A stretch of DNA of 64,000 nt from Camelus dromedarius (Eukaryota), in the NCBI RefSeq assembly GCF_036321535.1, contig NC_087472.1, positions 93,250,001 to 93,314,000 of the forward strand, written 5' to 3'. Positions 47,990 through 62,454 of this stretch are shown here, piece by piece. Within the stretch, counting starts at the first letter, position 1; every line of letters starts with the position of its first letter. The notes beneath the pieces are model-generated. The model had not been told where the DNA came from. It saw only the letters and a list, made by a program, of their open reading frames with translations, and searched no databases. Position numbers and translations under genes: made by a program.

Positions 47990-50900
47990 TATTAAAGGGA
48001 GCAAAAGAAGGGATCCTTTATATGTGTTATAAAAATCTCAGAAGAAAACAAAGATGGTAGAGAAAATGCACTATTTCAAGAAACAGCAGAAAACAAAAAA
48101 TTCCCTGAGTTTTCACTAGTCTTCAGACTAAAAGGACTCTTCAAGTACCTGGCAGAATTAATGAGAAAAGAAAAGCATGTAGACATATCAGGGTGAAATT
48201 TCTGAAACTAAAACATTAAGTAAAATTCCTACAAGCTTCCAAGCAAAATATCAGCAAAGAAAAAGCAAAAACAACAGGTGGACATTATTAAATGCTAGAA
48301 TACACTGATAAAAAAGTCTATAAACTTTTGGAGAATGCATATATACTCATTCACACACAGAGTTCATTCACTAACTTCCTGAAGCCCAAAGCATGCAGAA
48401 TGTTAAGGGAGAGACTGTCGGTGAATCTACCTACCTTGCAGTAAAGTTATGTTTATATGTGAAGGCAACAGAGAAATCATCTTAGGAATTAAAAATTAAC
48501 CTATCCATGTACTCCTTCTGGCCTGGGGAAAAAAACTTATGGAAAGTACTTCAGCCAGTTGAGTAATGGCTACAGCTATATATCTCAAAACATGAAGTAG
48601 ACAGAATAAATGGTAGTAACCATTCATTTGTTAAAACTAAAAAATAAATGTCTAAATAAGGGCTGTATTAAGAAGGTTCAAAAATTGAAACACCTTTGTA
48701 AGGAACAAATTAATAAACTGAAAAGTCTATTTTTCTAAAGTATCTATTTCAAAAATAAGATTACTTCAATCATATAAAAGTAGTAAAAATACGCTTTACC
48801 TTATTCTATTGAGGGGTAAGATACTGATACATTATAGATGCTGGTGGAAAAAAACATTCAAATGATAGAAGAATAAAAATAATTATGATTTCCACAATCT
48901 CACAGCAAGGAACATTTTGTCAATATATATATATTTTTTAAAAGATCAGAGGAAAAATCAAACATAGAAATAAATATCAAAGAATCTTGCAACCATGAAG
49001 CATGACATAGGCTGACAAATACAAAATTCTATTTAATCTTGCTGGTCTCAATGCAAGTGCCTATGTCCTCTTCCTCTAAAAGTGGCACCAAACTGACAGT
49101 GAATTCTTTTTTTAAAAGATGATATTAACAAACAAGATCACCGAGACCATGAGTATATAGCACAGAAGCCATTTCAAAAATGCTGAAAGGCAGAGGAGTG
49201 GAGGAAGGGTACCTGACTGAGCAGAGTAAAGGAAATGACAATAGAACTGTCTTCATGGAGGGAAGGAATCCCAAGAGCAGCTCAGCTACTGGAAATACTA
49301 CATACCTTGTCAGGTGGGGCTGAGGAACATGACTGGCATTATAAGGATATTTTGAGATCCTGAATCCAGAGATGTTTGATTCCCTTCCCATGTCCTTTCT
49401 CCACGTTGCAAAGTCATTTGACTATTACTACTCCCTTTTGCCAACTGGGGGGCAGGGAGGACTGGTCTGTGGAGAAACTGAACCAGAGAGGGTATAGTTG
49501 GGGATACTAGTCTCAGTGGAGAACATGATTCATGGTTGAGATGCAGGGCTGAAAATGGCAGAAGTAAGTCCAAGTCTACACATTGAACTGTGGGTATTTT
49601 CAGCCCCTTCCTCCTTCATGTTCACAGAAAATGAGCACCTAGACATCTATTCACCAAGCAGGAGACTAGAGGATTATTTTCTTAATTACCTCAGAGAAAA
49701 AATGTCCGAAAACTGACATTTGAGAAGTCCATTAATAAAAGCTGGATTTGACAGTTGAAAAACCCCAGAGTTAAGACAACCAAAAACCTGTTTGTGTTTT
49801 TTTGTGGGGGCAGGGGTAAGTGTCTCATTCTTAATTTTAAAGAATAGTCCCAAATTATTAGGCATTTGATGAGTCTCAAACTTGGAAAAAAATAAAAGGA
49901 AATTGGAGGAAACATAGACAACGTATACAGTTAAAAGAAAACTGAAAATATTAATATCCACAGAGAACAAGAGAAGATATTTCATTCAAAAAAATAAAAA
50001 CAGAACTCTATTAAAATAGGAAACATTTAGAGAACTTGATAATAACCGAGTTATGGATAATAACAAGATTTTAAGAGTTAAAAATTCAACAGAATGGCTA
50101 AAAGATAAAGTTGAGAAAAATATCACAAAAAGTACAATAAGACAAAGAGATGGAAAATAAGAGACTAAAAATAAGAAAATAGGTAAATAATTGACTAGTT
50201 CCAACATCTGACTAATTGCAGTACCAGAAAGAGAGAATAGAGAAAACAGATGGAAGTAATATTACCAAAGAATGAAATTTCCCAAACTGAATGATAAATC
50301 TCCAGATTTAAATGGCTCACTAACAGTCTAGAACATGAATGAAAGGGACCTACGTCATATCAAATTATTCGGAATGTTCAGAATTCCAGGAGAAAGAGAA
50401 GACTCTGCAAGAGAAAAGCTTGTAGAAAGAGGTCACATATAAATTAACTGTAAATAAGTAAAGATATTAACAATATGAAATAAGAACAACAATCAGGAAT
50501 TCAGGAGAACTATTAGGGCATAAAATCTATGATCACTGAAATAAGGAATACAATAGGATATGTTTATGAGGTAGAACAACAAATAGAATTACCTTTCCTG
50601 AAAGCAGAAAAAATACAGAGCATATGCAAAAGGAAAGTTTTAAAATATGGAATATGGAAGAGTAACAACATATACTAAGAGAAGCGGAGGAAAAATTTAA
50701 AAGAGAGGAGGGAGGAGGAGGGGAGGAGGTGAGAAAGAGAAGGGAAGAAGGAGGAAAGAAGGTAGGAGGGGAGAGAGAGAAATTTGAAGAAATAATAAAT
50801 TGCCAAATTAAAGATCAAATACTTCATTGACTATAAATACTACCATTAGATTGTAAAGGCACATAAAAGGCCAAAGAAAAAAAAGCTAAATTCCAAGAAG

Positions 50901-51150
50901 AGAGTGCAGATGAACCTCAAAGAACCAAGAACCAGATTGATATCTTAGTATCTTTGTATCCAAGAAGACAAGGGAATGATGTTTTTAAAGTATTGATGGA
51001 AAATATATTTTTCATCTAAATATACATAACCAGTCAAACTGACATTCATATGGAAGAGTATAATATATCTTTAGACATTTTAAAATAAGCTATAGTGGGT
51101 CTGTCAAAAAAGACCCACATTAGAAGGGGGAAAAATAGTCTGGGAGATGC
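47990..51150 (+). mobile_element. Cluster of ancient L1/HAL1 ORF1-like remnants
   Basis: Repeated degenerate ORF1 motifs ('gacatatcagggtgaaatttctgaa...aaattcctacaagcttcca'; 'ccaacatctgactaattgcagtaccagaaagagagaatagagaaaa'; 'ataaccagtcaaactgacattca'). Confidence 0.55.
50700..50782. repeat. GA-rich polypurine tract
   Basis: Nearly pure (GGA/GAA)n run. Confidence 0.8.
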
Positions 51151-52019
51151 TAAAAAGAAATATAGGATTTATGTCCCTGACATAGAACAGGTTCTCTGTA
51201 AATGTTTGCTGAACTAAGGTAAAGTGAGGTGGTAATTGTTAATGGAGAAGGAGTCCTGAGAAGTGGAAAGCTCTGGGATTGAAAACGTAGGGACAAAATA
51301 CAGTCTAAAGGAGACCTCTTTGCAGGTTCCTCAGTGTCTTCCCATCCCCTAGTCCAATATGAATTTCTTTATTGATATACACAATGATTTAGAATCCAGC
51401 CAGCGAAAATGTATGTGAGATTTACAGAGAGAAATTAAAGGATATCAAACACCCAGGACACCAAAATTTCTTTTGTATCAAGCACACAAAAACTGCTAAT
51501 ATATCAAAGGCATGTGTTTCTATTAGTTCATAGGAAGAAAGCCATTCATGGAAAGGAAATTTGCTTTTAAAAGGGATTGATAAAGGTCTGCATATATTCT
51601 CAAAGAAATAATCACTTGTGCAACAGCTACTACTCAACTGAATACAAAGATAAATCCCCAAGCAGAAGAGAAAGGGCCTAATTATCTCATCTGCCTGCAG
51701 CTTATTTTCATTCCTTCATATTACAACAATGTGTTTTCATGTTTCTGAGGTCTGGAATCAATTAAGATAATTCTTGATTCTTTTTATAATGGTTTCTAGG
51801 GAGTAACAGCTTATTTCCTTCCCACCAAATGGTGAACACATGAAGAAACCTAAATTTTTCCAACCACCTTAAGGAGTAAGCTTTTTATTATTTTATTTTT
51901 ATAAACCTTGAAGATATAGTATTCATTGATCAGATTCCTTTGGTTTTTATATGCATAAATTCAAGTTGAATTATCTTTAAAAAAGGCTAATGCACAGGCT
52001 CAATTATCCACTACTATAA

Positions 52020-52770
52020 AAATTTAAAATAGAACTACCATATGATCCAGCAATTCCAAATTCCACTTTGGTAATATATCCAAAGGAAACAAAAACATTA
52101 ACTTGAAAAGACATCTGCATCCCCATGTTCATATCAGCATTATTTACAACACCCAAGACAAGGAAACAACCTAAGTGTCCATCACTGGATGAATATATAT
52201 GAAGTTGTGGTGTATACATACTATGGAATACAGCCATAAAAAAACAAGGAAGTTCTACCATTTGCAACAACATAGATAGACCTTGAAGGCATTATGCTAA
52301 GTGAAATACGTCAGACAAAGACAAATACTGAATGATCTCAACTTATATGTGGAATCTAAAAACAAAAACCAGCCCAACTCAGAAAAAGAGATCAGACTTA
52401 TTATTACCAGAGGTGGAGGGAGGTGGAAGGGGGAACTGGAGGAAGGTGGTCAAAAGGCACAAACTTCCAGTTATAAGATAAATAAGTACTAGGGATGTAA
52501 ATATACATCCCATTATGGCTATAGTTAACACTTCACACGATACAAAGGAAAGTTGTTCAGAGAGTAAATCCTAAGAGCTCTCATCACAAGGAAGAAATTT
52601 TTTTTCTTCCTTTTGTTTTTATTGTATCTACACGAGAAGATGGATGTTAGCTGAACCTATTTGTTAATCATTTCACAATACACGTAAATCAAACCATCAT
52701 GCTGCATGCCTTAAACTTATAAAGTGACGTATGTCAGCTATTTGTCAATAAAAACGAAAAAATATTTTAT
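52020..52770 (+). mobile_element. 5'-truncated L1 (ORF2 end plus 3'UTR)
   Basis: 'aaaatagaactaccatatgatccagcaattcca...gtcagctatttgtcaataaaa'. Confidence 0.9.
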
Positions 52771-52854
52771 AAAAGAAAAGGTGCATTTAAAGTTTTATTT
52801 AAAATAAGGTTTAAAGTTTAAAAAAAATTTACAGACAGTGATAAGAGAGAATTA

Positions 52855-52929
52855 AACCAAGTATGGGGCCCTTCTAAGTGAAGTGCCATGTGCAACTGCA
52901 CAGGCTGTACACCCAAGAAGTTGGCCCTG
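52855..52929. mobile_element. Possible hAT (Tip100-type) MITE end
   Basis: 'ggggccc...gtgcaactgcacaggctgtacacccaagaagttggccctg' ends in a GCCCTG-type terminus. Confidence 0.4.
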
Positions 52930-54999
52930 CTTCTCCTGGAAGCACAGGTGCTTCAAGGAGATGTGTTATCACCGAAATCTACTATCCATGCTTGCCTTCC
53001 CTGGATCCACGGAGAGTAATTACCTTAATCTTCTCCCCTTCCTGTAATAGCATCATCATTTAGAAAAATTCACAGGCAAGCAAGTTCAATTCTGTGCTTG
53101 CCTGAATATGTTCTAAAAAGGCCAGATCCAAAGGCCACTGTCTTCTGAGTCAGTCTTCCACTTTTGTACATTTATTCTCTTGCCTCCTGGAAACTCTTTA
53201 TCAAATTTACTAAGTATGTTGTTTTGAATGTCTATTACACTGTTCTAACACTTATGTTCAATAATTCATAGTTCCTGTAGCATTGTTTGCTTTGAGATTA
53301 CTAATGCCCATTAATTGCAAATATTTGTATGCCACAGGTACCTGCTACTTGGCACCATCAATTATCTTGCTTCAAATAAAATTCAAATGTTTTCTGGAGA
53401 AAGAGGTTTATAATCCATAGAAACCACCTTTAAATTTTCATGGGTCATCATTTCTAGCACTGGCAAAATAGATTTCCCTATATTCTGTTTTATCATTTTA
53501 GCCCATGTCTTGGCTTATTAAGGTTGTTTTGATGGTAGTATTGTCCACTCTATGACTCTCGGACTCTGTAAAGAGGTCTTGTCTTTTTTGTTTGGTTTTA
53601 TTTTTATTAGTTTGAAATAGGCATCTTAAGTTTCACCATCCAGGTCCTTCCATGTCTAGGTTATCCTCAGGGAATCATGAAGAAATGAGTCTCTTCAGCA
53701 GATTCTAACAAAGCTTCATTTTCCCTCTTTCTCTTCCTTCTGACAACCACATTATCTTATCAGAGATTCTAAAGCAATATTTAGTGCTCGTTCCAAGTTT
53801 ATTCTCATCAGTCTACTTTATCCTATACATTTGAAAAAGGATTTCTGAGAGTTGATAGTTATTTCTGCGCATCATTTAAAAAATACAATCATTACTGTTG
53901 TCTCAAAATGAATAGCTGCCAATATTAGGAGTTGAAATTGGTTCATGTTGTGTATTAGTATAAGAACTCTTAATTGAATGAGGTCCTCATATATAATGTG
54001 TAAGAGTCTAATTCCACAAACTCAGGAGCATCAAAAAATAGCAAAATTCTTTAATATCTTTTGCACAAACAAAATTGTAACTCCTACATAAGTTTCAATC
54101 TCATCACTAGTGACAGGAATATTCAGCATCAGTCATTACTACTCTATTCCTTCCAACAGAAATATTCAGTAGCCTTGGGGGTCTTACACAGCAACAAGGC
54201 ATAGTCAGCCTCCTCTTTCCACATAGCTTACCTTTGAGATGCTCATGTCCTGACTCCTTAAGTTGCCTTGGGTCTGAAAGTTCTGCAGCCTTCTTGCCAT
54301 GTTTGATACACATCTTTCCTTAAGATTATATATGAAATTCAGAGATCATGGGTCAGCTTCCTCAACAAACATCAGAAAACCATATCTATATGATTGTGAA
54401 GACTATACTAGTGTTATTTTGCCTTGAATAGCATTACTGTTTCCCCTGACTCTGATCCCATTCTTCCTATTTCCTCATTATCCTGATATTCTGAATATAC
54501 TGCTTTTACTTCCTAAAAGAGAACACTTGGGTACCCGCAGGAACTTTAAGAGCCCACACAAGGAACATCAACTGGTACCAAACTCCAGGACAGGACATCT
54601 TACTAGGAAATGTATTCCATGCACACCTACTTCCATTCATGTGTGAAGTTGGTATTTGACCCAGGGGGTCCTTTAAGTGAGACAGATCTTTGACATTATG
54701 GCCTTTGACTCCTACTACCCATTTTATATACTCCATTCTTTCCACAGGCCAACTTTGGTCATTGGTTCACATGGAACAATCATGAGAACTACCTGAAAGG
54801 TGCTAATAAGTTAGCAGGGCCTTACACTGGGCAAATATGAGAAAACACTTAATCTAGCTTAAAAGAGAGGATATACCCTTCCAATCTATTGCTTCTTTGA
54901 CTGTGAGACTCCTTCTTGAGATGGGTCTATGGCAGAAGGGACTTTAAATGTATTAATTTTTCTTCTCCTCCTCCTCTTTCTTCCTCTATCAACAAACTT

Positions 55000-55210
55000 T
55001 TTTGAGCACTTAATCTTTGCCAGATACCACTGAACATTACTGTAGTTGGATTATCTTACCTCAAACCAACATCAAGTCTATTAAGATGGCGCTATAATTT
55101 CCTCTATTCTTCAGATGAAGAAGTAAAGCACTGATAGGTCAAGTAGCAAATCCAGGAAGAGGTGGAGCTGAGATTCACTTAAACTCCAAGTCAAGCATAA
55201 CTTAATGCTG
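55000..55210 (-). mobile_element. MIR SINE
   Basis: 'ttgagcactta...attcttcagatgaagaagtaaagcactgataggtcaagta'. Confidence 0.55.
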
Positions 55211-55229
55211 TCTGTCTGCACAGATTTTA

Positions 55230-55610
55230 AATTATAAATCTAATTTTACACATACATGCTTATTGTAAAAAAATTCAAATCACGTACAAAAGAATGAAGA
55301 AGTAGGTGAAAATTCCCCCAACTCTGACAGTATGGCAGAAAACTGTCAGCACTAGGATGAACATCATTCTCGATGTTTTCATGCATATATATACATATAT
55401 GCACATACAGAAATAGTTACCTAAAATGTTTGTATAATTCATATAGATAGTAGATACACTGCTATCAACATCATATGATATCATCATTATATACTATTTT
55501 TTTATCTCCCTTTTAACTTACTGTGTAGCTGCACAGTAATTCAATGTATGGGTATACTATAATTCATTCAACCAATCACTAGAAGTGGTTACTTTATCAT
55601 ATTGTATTAT
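55230..55610 (-). mobile_element. Ancient L1ME-like 3' fragment
   Basis: 'catacatgcttattgtaaaaaaattcaaa...gctgcacagtaattcaatgtatgggtatactataattcattcaaccaatc'. Confidence 0.55.
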
Positions 55611-55624
55611 AATTTTATAATTTA

Positions 55625-55785
55625 TGTGCCCTCCTCACAAGACTGAGTATTTATTGAGAATAGAGAATTCTAAGGTATTTGTTGGTTTTTAATAGATCTG
55701 TTTTTTTTAAATAGATCCCCAATATTGAACACATCACCTAGGAGATGGATAAATATTTGAATGGATGAATGGACAGAAAGATAGA
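55625..55785 (+). mobile_element. L2 3' end
   Basis: 'agactgag...ataaatatttgaatggatgaatgga' L2-type tail. Confidence 0.5.
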
Positions 55786-56294
55786 TGCTGCAATATGGTG
55801 GATGTCTGCAGAAACAAAGAAGTGTTGGGTTATTATTGACATGGTTTATGTGAGAAGAGTAGTAAGAACCTAAACTAGGGTATCAGTCATAGTAATGGAA
55901 GGAAGTGACAGGTCCAAAAAACTATTCTGAATAGCTATTTTTTTGCTTTTAAAAACATTTACTCAAATTTTAACATGGCTTTAAATAGGACAGTGGTTTT
56001 CGGTGGGTTACTGACATATTTTATCTTCAAAATTTGATTTATTAGTGCATTTTGTCAGTTTCATTTGTATACTGAGTAATTATATTATATATTCCTTTGA
56101 CTTCCTTTCCCATCATGATTCTGAATTTAATTGTGTGGTGACTCACCAACATAGATTCCTACAAGAGTTTCTGTTCATCATCGAGCACAATGCTCCTCAT
56201 AGGTTCTAGAAATAATTGTTAGAAAAAAAATAATTTGAGCAAAACCTTTACTTCATTTCTTATTCCAATGAGATAGCCTATGACTGAAGAATAA

Positions 56295-56470
56295 TAACAA
56301 TAATTTATTGAGTGTCTACAATGTCACACATAGCAATAAGTGACATATACAAGTATTATTTATAAAATAATTTAAACCTCACAACTATGAGGAAGCTAAT
56401 AAAGTGACAAAGTGGCCAGGCCATGGTACAAAATCAGATCAATATGACCTCAAAGCTTGTTCCTTCCTTG
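56295..56470 (-). mobile_element. MIR SINE
   Basis: 'aatttattgagtgtctacaatgt...tttaaacctcacaactatgagg...tgacctcaaagc'. Confidence 0.5.
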
Positions 56471-57344
56471 TCCGGGAGGAAACATGACTCTATAGCCTCC
56501 CCTTATGACCATCTTCCTCAAATCTATAGCTTTCTCACTTTCATTAAAAATTTTAGCTAAGTTCTATTTCCCAGGTCAGGTAACTTGTAGGATGTCAATG
56601 ACCAGATGAAATATAAAAAGTCTTTCCTCTACTTAAGTCTTCCTCATTGTGTGGGTTCACTACTCTTCTGCTTGCCCATAAGGAGGCCTAATCCTATCCC
56701 ATTTCTTGAACAAATACGTGCTTACTGGCCTGAGTACTGAGTTTCTATACATCCCTCACACTTTCCCTCAAGCTGTTCTTAGGTTCATTTGGTATTGAAT
56801 CTACAATGTTTGGTAGGTGAACCTGCAAAGGTGTGCTAATTCCCTTCCTTTAACAAACATCTGAAAAGTAAATCTGATTTTATCTTTCACAGTATACATC
56901 AGTATTGTGTCCACATTCCATGGGGCTATCTGAGGATCCACTAAAACGTGGTCACTACCAATCTCTCAACATTTTCTATGACTCTTGCAGTCTTCCTGCA
57001 TCATAGCTGAACCTCCTATCAGGCACACCCTTTTTGGACTATGATTTACATATGTGGTTCTCCCACTTTGATCTTCTTTCACCAACAGTGTGTCTCCATG
57101 GTGAATGCTGACTCACATCAAAATATTTCATCCTTTAGGAATGTTGTCTGACATGTTTAGGTAGAGTTGAATATCTGAAGGAACAACCTTCTTCTACTGG
57201 ACATTAGATTTTAACTTACATGAGTTACAGTTGAAGATTGCTACTTCACATGTTGGAATGAATTTCCCAGCAGTCAGGCCTGCTTCCCACCACGGAGCAA
57301 TGATTTTGTGCCAGTTCTATCTCTTTGAAAAAGTAATTGTTAAA

Positions 57345-58150
57345 CCTTGCCAAAAATACTGGAAATCATCAAGGCCACAAGGAAGTGGGATAACATATTC
57401 AAAGTGCTAAAAGAAAAAGACTGTCAACCAAGAGTCCTATATTTGGCAAAACTATTCTTCATAAATGAAGAAGAAATTACAATATACCTAGATAAACAAA
57501 AACTAAGAGAATTAATTACTAGCAGATCTACCCTACAAGAAATATTAAAGAGAGTCCTTCAGGCTGAAATGAAAGAACACTAGACAGTAACTCAATTCCA
57601 TATGATGTGTTAATCAAAGAGTACATAGTTTTACTTACGCTTATTAAGATAAAAATGAGGGAGATAAATTTTAGAGGTGATGGTTCAGTTTATGGTATTG
57701 TATATGGTGACAGCTTCACAGGTGTATACTTATCTTCAAACTCATCAAGATGTATATATTAAATATGTACAGCCTTTGTGTATTTCAATAATACCTCATT
57801 AAGAAAATAAAGAACACAAGTAAGGTAACCATATAAGTAAATATAAAAAGATAGTATATTTTTCTTAATAACTTTTCTTCTCCTATGTGGTTTAAAACAC
57901 AACAGCATAAAGCAAAAATTATAAAATTACATTGATGAGTTTATAAGATACAGTAAATATAATGTATAATATATGCATAATCTAATGCATAACAAAGATG
58001 TAATTTGTATGACAGTAACAGCATGAAGGAGGAGGAAGGAAAGGAGCTATGATGGGCAAAGTATATTATTGAAATTAAGTTAGTATTAATTTAAATTAGG
58101 TTGTTTTAAATTATGATGCTAATTTTAATCCCCACGACAATCAGTAATAA
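57345..58150 (+). mobile_element. Old L1 ORF1 C-terminus and inter-ORF region, with a nested L1 3' end at ~57650-57800
   Basis: ORF 57347..57583 WDNIFKVLKEKDCQPRVLYLAKLFF...DKQKLRELITSRSTLQEILK. Confidence 0.8.
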
Positions 58151-58441
58151 CTCAATACATTATTGTACTGCTAAAGGCTACACTGTACCAACTAGAGAAC
58201 AAAAGAGATTACTAACTACAACTGAAAGTAGAAAGAGAATTATTGTCTATGTATAATTTCTTAATCTGTAAATGATTGTGGCTTTAACTCTGTACATGAA
58301 TTAGGTAGACTCTACACAGTAGAAAAACACCTAGGTGAAAAATGGTTAATTTAGTCAAGTAACACTTAAAAACCACAGTATAGTGCCCAGAAGTAATGGA
58401 GTCATTTTATTTCACAGACCTGTTCTATTCTTAATCATATA

Positions 58442-58664
58442 CAATTGACCCTTGAACAACATGGATTTGAACTATGCAGGTCCATTATATGCAGATTTCT
58501 TTTTCAATAAATACAGTTGGTCCTCCATTTCTGCAGGTTCTGCATCTGGAAAGATGTGGAATCTGTGGATACAGAAGGCCAACTATGGAACTTGAGCACC
58601 TAGGGATTTTGATATCCATAGTGGGTCCTGGAACCAATATCCTATGGATACTAATGGACAACTG
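58442..58664. mobile_element. MER8/MER2B-like TcMar-Tigger MITE with TA target duplication
   Basis: TA-caattgacccttgaacaac...ggacaactg-TA (TA at 58440-58441 and 58665-58666). Confidence 0.85.
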
Positions 58665-58914
58665 TAATCATATTCCTGATCAACTATTTCCCTGATGATT
58701 TATCTTGATTAGCATGTCCAGTGACTGCAAATTACCTTCTAGTCTAGAATATATGTTTGTATTATAGAAAAACTACTTGACTCTGATAATTTAACTTCTT
58801 TCTAAAGTGTTTTAGAAGATTAATAGAAGAGAATACTGAGTCATATGTGGGCTATATTGATAATGCTCATGTGCAAGTGAAATAATGAGGCAAATAATTA
58901 AAAAGCTGGACACA

Positions 58915-61236
58915 TAGAATGGCTATCATCAAAAAGTCTACAAATAATAAATGCTGGAGAGGGTGTAGAGAAAAGGGAACCCATCTACACTGTTGGTGGG
59001 AATATAAACTGGGGAAGCTACTGTGGAAAACAGCATGGAGGTTCCTTAAAAAACTAAAAATAGAGTTACAATATGATCCAGCAATCTCACTCCTGGACAA
59101 ATATCCAGAAAAGATGAAAACTCTACTTAGAAGAGATACATGCACCCCAATGTTCATAGCAGCACTATTTACAAGAGCCAAACATGGATGCAACCTAAGT
59201 GTCCATCGACAGATGAATGAATAAAAGAAGATGAATAAAGATATATACACAATGGAATATTACTCAGCCATAAAAAAGAAAAATACTTCCATTTGCAGCA
59301 ACATGGATGGACCTAGAGAATATCATACTAAGTGAAGTAAGTCAGACAGAGAAAGAAAGATATTATATAGTATTTGAAGTCCTAGCCACAGCAATTGTTC
59401 AAGAAAAAGAAAAGGCATTCCAAATTGGAAGGGAAGAGCTAAAACTATCCCTATTTGCAGATGACATGATATGGTATATAAAAAACTCTCAAGAAGTCTC
59501 CACCAAAAAAAATATTAGAACTAATAAATGATTCAGAAAAGCTGCAGTATACAAGACTGATATACAGGTATCAGTTGCTTTTCTATACGCTAATAATGAA
59601 CCATCAGAAAAAGAAATTAAGGAAGCCATCCCATTTACAATCACATTAAAAAGAATAAAATACCTAGGTATAAAGTTAAACAAGGAGGTGAAAGACCTAT
59701 ACTCTGAAAACTGTAAAATATTAACAAAGGAATTTGAAAATGATACAAGCAGAAAAATATCCCATGTTATTGAATTGAAGGAATTAATATTGTTAAAATG
59801 GCCATACTACCCAAACCAATCTACAGATTTAATGCAACCCCTATCAAAATATGCATATTCTTCACAGAACTAGAACAAATAATCCTAAAATTTATACGGA
59901 ATAACAAAAGACCCAGAATTGCCAAAGCAATACTGAAGAAAAAGAACGAAGATGTAGGAATAACCCTCCCAGACTTGAGCTAATACTACAGAGCTACAGT
60001 AATCAATACAGTGTGCTACTGGCACAAAAACAGACATATGGACCAACAGAACAGAATAGAGAGCCCAGAAATAAACCTACAGACTTATGGTCAATTAATC
60101 TTTGACAAAGGAGGCAAGAATATACAAGGCAGAAAAAACAGTCTCTTCAGCAAGTGGTGTTGGGAAAACTGGACAGCAGAATGTAAATCAATGAAGTTAG
60201 AATACTTCCTTCACATCATACACAAAAATAAACTCAAAATGGCTTAAAGACTTAAACATAAGACAAGACACTACAAACTTCCTAGAAGAAAACATAGGCA
60301 AAACATTTTCTGACATAAATCTTAGCAGTGTTCTCCTAGGGCAGTCTACCAAGGTAATACAAGTAAAAGCACAAACCAAACCAAAAAAATGGGACCTAAT
60401 AAACTTATAAGCTTTTGCACAGCAAAGGAAACCATAAGCAAAACAAAAACACAACCGACAGAATGGGCGAAAACATTTGCAAATGATGCGACTTGACAGG
60501 GGCTTAATCTCCAGAATATATAAACAGCTCATACAGCTTAAAAAAAAAAAAAACCCAATTCAAAAATGGGCATAAAACCTAAACAAGCAATTCTCCAGTG
60601 AAGACATACAAATGGCTAATAGGCACATGAAAAAATTCTCAATACAACTAATTATCAGATAAATGTAAATTAAAACTACAATGAAGTATCATCTCACACC
60701 AGTCAGAATGACCCTCATTAAAAAGTCCACAAATGATAAATGCTGGAGAGGGTGTGGAGAAAAGGGAACCTTCCAACATTTTTGGTGGGAATGTAGTTTG
60801 GTGCAGCCATTATAGAAAACAGTTTAGAGATTCCTCAACAACAACAAAAAATAAAACCAGACTTACCCTATGATGCAGCAATCCCACTCCTAGGCATATG
60901 TCACCTCACACCCACCAAAACAGCTATCATCAAAAAGTCTACAGGTAACAACAGTTGGCAAGGATGTGGAGAAATGCAAACTCTAGCATACAGTTGGTAG
61001 GGTTATAAACTGGTACAGCCACTACAGAAAACAGTATGGTGGTTTCTCTAAAAACTAAAAATAGAACTACCACATGATCTAGCAACTCCCCTGCTGGGTA
61101 TACATCCATAGGAAACAAAAACACTAATTCAAAAAGATACATGCACCCCAATATTTATAGCAACATTATTTACAATAGGCAGTTATGGAAGCAACCCAAG
61201 TGCCCATCAACAGATGAATGGATGAAGAAGATGTGG

Positions 61237-61267
<31 letters not shown>

Positions 61268-61685
61268 GAATATTAGCCATAAAAAGGGCTGAAATTCTGC
61301 CATTTGCAACACTGAGGATGGACCTAGACAGTATTATACTTAGTGAAATAAATCAGAAAGACATATACTCTATGTTATCACATATATAGAAACTAAAAAA
61401 TAAAATATATATAATAAAAGAGAAACAGACTCACAAATATAGAACTAGTGGTTAACAGTGGGAAGAGGGAAGAAGGGGTGAGATTAGGGGATGAGATTAA
61501 TAGACACAAACTGCTATGTATAAAATATATCAGCAACAAGGATATATTGTATAGCACAAGGAAATATAGCCATTATTTTATAATAACTTTAAATGGAGTA
61601 TAATCTATAAAGATAGTGAATCACTATATTGCATTCTGAAACTAATATAATATTATAAATTATACTTCAATTTTTTTTAAAAAAA
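58915..61685 (+). mobile_element. Composite of three tandem L1 ORF2/3' pieces (junctions at ~59366 and ~60900)
   Basis: ORF 58919..59224 ([16 protein letters not shown]), then a jump back to the RT region (EVLATAI...LFADDM). Cys-rich C-terminus recurs at ~60740 and ~60950; single 3'UTR at the end. Confidence 0.92.
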
Positions 61686-62454
61686 AGAGAGGAAAAATGA
61701 TAATCCATGGGGCCAGGAGGCAAAAATAAATGAGAATGCAGGTAAAAAGTTTGGCTTTGGTGAGGAGAAAGAGCACATTTTCCGTAACAAATGGAAACAG
61801 GTGAGAATGAGGATTTTTAATAGATACCTTTGGTAGTAGAGCAGGTAAGTGTGTAATATTCAGCAAACTGATGTCCTATATTTTCTTTCTGATGCAGTAA
61901 ACTATTTCCTTAAGGAAAGGAGGCCTGAGGAAGGTGGCAAAGGCATGGTACAGTTAACACAAGGAAAGTGGAAAGCAATTGTGTAGGGTCAAGTGAAATT
62001 ATTGTTAAGTGGTGTTGAAGAGCCAGAAAAGACAAGAAATCATGAGCTTAATGGTGCTGATTAGCAATTATATGATTTCTTTTCTTAGTAAAGCTTGGCA
62101 ACCTTGTGGCAAGAGTAAAGAAAGAATATTTAGAGTTATTATTGATGCAATGGTGAACTTCAGAAGGGCACATGAAAGAAAGAACTAAAGTGAAGAAATG
62201 GAGAATGCTTGGTTTTAAGGGGATTGATGAAAGACTCAGAATGAATAGAGAATCACACCAATAGTGTGGTGGCAACCAGGTTGAAAAGGAAGGGATCAAG
62301 AGTCTAAAAGTTTCCATGATGTTGGGAGAATATTAGAAAGCTGTTTAAGAATGCTTTTAAATTGTAATAATATTATAAACATATTAATGACATAAAAGAT
62401 TATTATAATAAAATGAAAATAGTTATCAACAAACATTTCTTCAATTATCATATT

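Noticed and set aside
61700..62330. Possible ancient L2 internal fragment
   Set aside because: Purine-rich and suggestive, but too degenerate to call without an HMM search.
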